A stretch of DNA of 49,641 nucleotides, from positions 1 to 49,641 of IMG/VR virus record IMGVR_UViG_3300020045_006698; one strand, written 5' to 3'. Positions 47,328-49,641 of the stretch are shown here, one piece after another. The notes beneath the pieces are model-generated. The model saw nothing but the letters and a program-made list of their open reading frames with translations, ran no database searches and was not told the origin of the DNA. The stretch's first letter is position 1, and every line of letters starts with the position of its first letter. The position numbers were made by a program, and so were the translations under genes. The stretch comes from a virus. Taxonomy: Duplodnaviria > Caudoviricetes.

Positions 47328-47720
47328 TTATGCTTCTGCTTTAATGGCAGGTTGCTCAGCGTCTTCATTTTGTTCAACTGTTTCACCTAACATTGCCAAC
47401 AATTCATCATCAGTTGCATTAACAGATGTGCTAACTTCAAAGAATGCACGTTTACCGTCTTCAGTGTCAATTACAGTAGGAATTACAAACACTTCATCAC
47501 CTTTAGTGACATTGTCTTTGACAACACCTTCACGGTTTAACAATGTACGTTGTGCCCAGGTAGACTTACCTTTCAAAGGTCCGTCCATAAATCTAACACC
47601 ACATAACGCATAAGGAGCTTTATCTCCATTAGCACGTGTTTTAACTAATTCATTACCCTCTTTGTCTGTTGTAATAACAGTGGTAATTTGAGCTTTGAAA
47701 GATTTTACTTCGTTTGCCAT
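47328..47720 (-). CDS. hypothetical beta-rich protein with acidic tail (first leftward gene)
   Basis: 130 aa ORF, higher GC, own terminator. Confidence 0.75.
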   Translation of the reverse strand: MANEVKSFKAQITTVITTDKEGNELVKTRANGDKAPYALCGVRFMDGPLKGKSTWAQRTLLNREGVVKDNVTKGDEVFVIPTVIDTEDGKRAFFEVSTSVNATDDELLAMLGETVEQNEDAEQPAIKAEA

Positions 47721-47912
47721 GATAATATAAGAGATTATGAGAGTTAATGTCGATACATGACTATAATAACTCTCTGATTATACATTGATAGACACGATAT
47801 GAAATGACATATCGGTATATCCCAAAATTTTGTTGAAGTCGGGGTATGATGTTGGCTTATGTTGCATTTACATTAATAAAAAAAACATTTTCAAAAAAAA
47901 ATTTAAAAAAAA

Positions 47913-47944
47913 TTTGGAATTGTCATTTATTTGTTGTATATTTG
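47913..47944 (+). promoter_or_regulatory. Bacteroidota sigma-type promoter
   Basis: TTTG-N20-TATATTTG. Confidence 0.72.
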
Positions 47945-47959
47945 TATAAAATATGAATT

Positions 47960-48154
47960 ATGGATGAAGAAAATGTACTTGAGATAGAAAATATATTAAA
48001 AAACATTAGTATAAAAGAATTTTGGCTAAGTGGTTTTAAAGAATTTGATTATTTTAATAAATCTAAAATAAAATATTTTAGTATTTACATACCAAATGAC
48101 TTTTCATATTTAAAATACAAATCGTTTAATTATGAAAAAGCTATTAGGAGATAA
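47960..48154 (+). CDS. hypothetical protein
   Basis: ORF downstream of promoter. Confidence 0.5.
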   Translation: MDEENVLEIENILKNISIKEFWLSGFKEFDYFNKSKIKYFSIYIPNDFSYLKYKSFNYEKAIRR

Positions 48155-48181
48155 AATATTTTAAAAATAATTACTAAAATA

Positions 48182-48213
48182 TTTGGATTTGTCAAATAAA
48201 TGTTGTATATTTG
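48182..48213 (+). promoter_or_regulatory. Bacteroidota sigma-type promoter
   Basis: TTTG-N20-TATATTTG. Confidence 0.75.
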
Positions 48214-48219
48214 CAGTAT

Positions 48220-48547
48220 TAAAATAAATAGCAACTAGTTTAGGATGTAGTTGCCTTCATTAATAGTGGACACGGCACTAACGTTTAGTTTGAAGGGGAT
48301 GGGTTTTGAGAGGTATGACAACTTCTACAACACTGGCTAGCCGAGGTAATCAGATAGAAATCAATTCTACCTGGAAACCTCTCTATGCTTAATAATTAAA
48401 TAATATATATAAACTATAATATACGTTATAGTTATAGGAAACTTATATTTAATAATAAAGTAGTCTGAACAGTCTGAAAAAGACAGGGCTAAATTGCAAT
48501 TACTTTTATTACAACCCACTTTAACTTATGTTTTAGTGGGTTTTTTT
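48220..48547 (+). ncRNA. Candidate stand-alone structured ncRNA (~330 nt)
   Basis: Bounded by promoter and terminator; at least five stems; longest ATG ORF noticed is 25 aa. Confidence 0.55.
48513..48547 (+). terminator. Intrinsic terminator
   Basis: AACCCACT/AGTGGGTT followed by T run. Confidence 0.75.
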
Positions 48548-48596
48548 ATGTCTTTAAAATTATTTTTACTATTTTTTAAAAATAATTGCAAAAAAA

Positions 48597-48628
48597 CTTG
48601 CATATGTGAAATATTTTTTGTATCTTTG
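48597..48628 (+). promoter_or_regulatory. Bacteroidota sigma-type promoter
   Basis: CTTG-N20-TATCTTTG. Confidence 0.72.
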
Positions 48629-48652
48629 TAGTAGATTTAAAATTAATAGATA

Positions 48653-48844
48653 ATGACATATCAAAAATGGTTTAAAGAAATACAATGGTTAAAAGATAAA
48701 GTTATCTTACCTAATAACAAATCAATTAGTAAATCAGATTACATTACTTCTAAAGGATTTAATATAGATGGTTTTAATAAGATGTTATTTCAAGAATATA
48801 ATAAACAATATCCAGTAAATGATGGAAGAAGATATAAAAAATAA
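48653..48844 (+). CDS. hypothetical protein
   Basis: ORF downstream of promoter. Confidence 0.6.
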   Translation: MTYQKWFKEIQWLKDKVILPNNKSISKSDYITSKGFNIDGFNKMLFQEYNKQYPVNDGRRYKK

Positions 48845-48942
48845 ACTACAACTTCCAATGAAATGTGGTTTAAATAGAAAACATCATTATTTTTATGTAA
48901 TATGTTGGAATAAAATAAATGAATTAATAATAACAGAATATA

Positions 48943-49209
48943 ATGATAGAAAATATACACGATAGAATAAGACAAGACTTAATAATAAACAGTAAAGATT
49001 TATTTAACTTATATCATTATTATACACATAAGTGGAGAAGTAATGATAGACTTCTTGATATTAATGTAGGGTTATTTAGAGATGATAAACAAAGACTTAC
49101 TGCTCAAATATATGTAGCAGATAAGAATACTAAGATAAGAGAACAACTGTTTTTAAATGAAAGTTTAGTAGTTGTTGATAATGATTTAATAATTAAAAGA
49201 TATAATTAA
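48943..49209 (+). CDS. hypothetical protein
   Basis: TAATG-coupled to next ORF. Confidence 0.6.
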   Translation: MIENIHDRIRQDLIINSKDLFNLYHYYTHKWRSNDRLLDINVGLFRDDKQRLTAQIYVADKNTKIREQLFLNESLVVVDNDLIIKRYN

Positions 49210-49508
49210 TGGAAGATATAATTTTATATAAAAAACAAACACATAGTTTAAATACACTTAATGGTGTTTTAAACGAAGATAATTTACAATTTGCTAAACG
49301 TACAATGTTATTTGATATTATTAGAGAACATACAGATTTAGTTAAAACTAAACAAGGTTATCCTAACAACGATATTTCAGATGTAGAAATGGAAATAGAT
49401 TGTGTAGTAATGAGTAGAAAAAGATATAACAAGTTAGTTAACTTTGAAAATAAAGGATTGTTTGTCGATAAAAAAGAATATTTAAAATTTCCTAAACTAG
49501 AACCATAA
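49209..49508 (+). CDS. hypothetical protein
   Basis: TAATG-coupled on both sides. Confidence 0.65.
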   Translation: MEDIILYKKQTHSLNTLNGVLNEDNLQFAKRTMLFDIIREHTDLVKTKQGYPNNDISDVEMEIDCVVMSRKRYNKLVNFENKGLFVDKKEYLKFPKLEP

Positions 49509-49641
49509 TGAAAGAATATTGGACTTATAGTACAGAATTTGAACAAGTAGAAGAAATTGCTACTTTGTTTAATACAATTGAAGAAGCTGAACAAGATGCT
49601 TTAAAAAGATATTTAGAACAAGGGTGTGATGAAGAAGACTG
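49508..49641 (+). CDS. hypothetical protein, partial
   Basis: MKEYWTYSTEFEQ... open to window end. Confidence 0.55.
   Translation, partial: MKEYWTYSTEFEQVEEIATLFNTIEEAEQDALKRYLEQGCDEED

Noticed and set aside
189-49594. Short antisense or nested ORFs in the track (e.g. 189..407, 3170..3471, 6693..6884, 21888..22130, 27552..27794, 29979..30182, 47344..47613, 49358..49594)
   Set aside because: They overlap well-supported genes and have shadow-frame composition without motifs.
1-49641. Genome-wide stop-codon reassignment, as in some crAss-like phages
   Set aside because: Long conserved genes are intact in code 11 and TGA/TAA terminate tiled genes; only two isolated in-frame stops of different types were noticed.

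Overview
AT-rich dsDNA phage segment. Gene content, the tmRNA 5' end and TTG-N19/20-TAnnTTTG promoters point to a Bacteroidota (probably Flavobacteriia) host and a crAss-/Cellulophaga-podovirus-like lineage; this assignment is inference. Almost all genes to ~47.7 kb are on the minus strand. They include nucleotide metabolism (ThyX fragment, MazG-like, class II RNR, dUTPase, degenerate UDG) and an ~8 kb phiEco32-type amide/peptide-ligase cluster (amidoligase, class II GATase, COOH-NH2 ligase, two class I GATases, ATP-grasp, GGCT). Replication genes are primase, SSB-like, an AAA/Sak4-like ATPase split by a group I intron carrying a GIY-YIG HEG, DnaB-like helicase and PolB, followed by many small hypothetical genes and free-standing homing endonucleases. 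The window is unusually rich in non-coding RNA: a tmRNA with an apparently 39-aa tag, at least seven aberrant tRNA-like elements with no clearly canonical tRNA, several other structured intergenic elements, and a promoter-to-terminator ~330-nt unit at 48.2-48.5 kb with no long ORF. The first ~1.8 kb contains chimeric/inverted junctions that are probably amplification or assembly artefacts. No structural genes, integrase or CRISPR array were seen. All calls are from reading motifs by eye; no searches were run.
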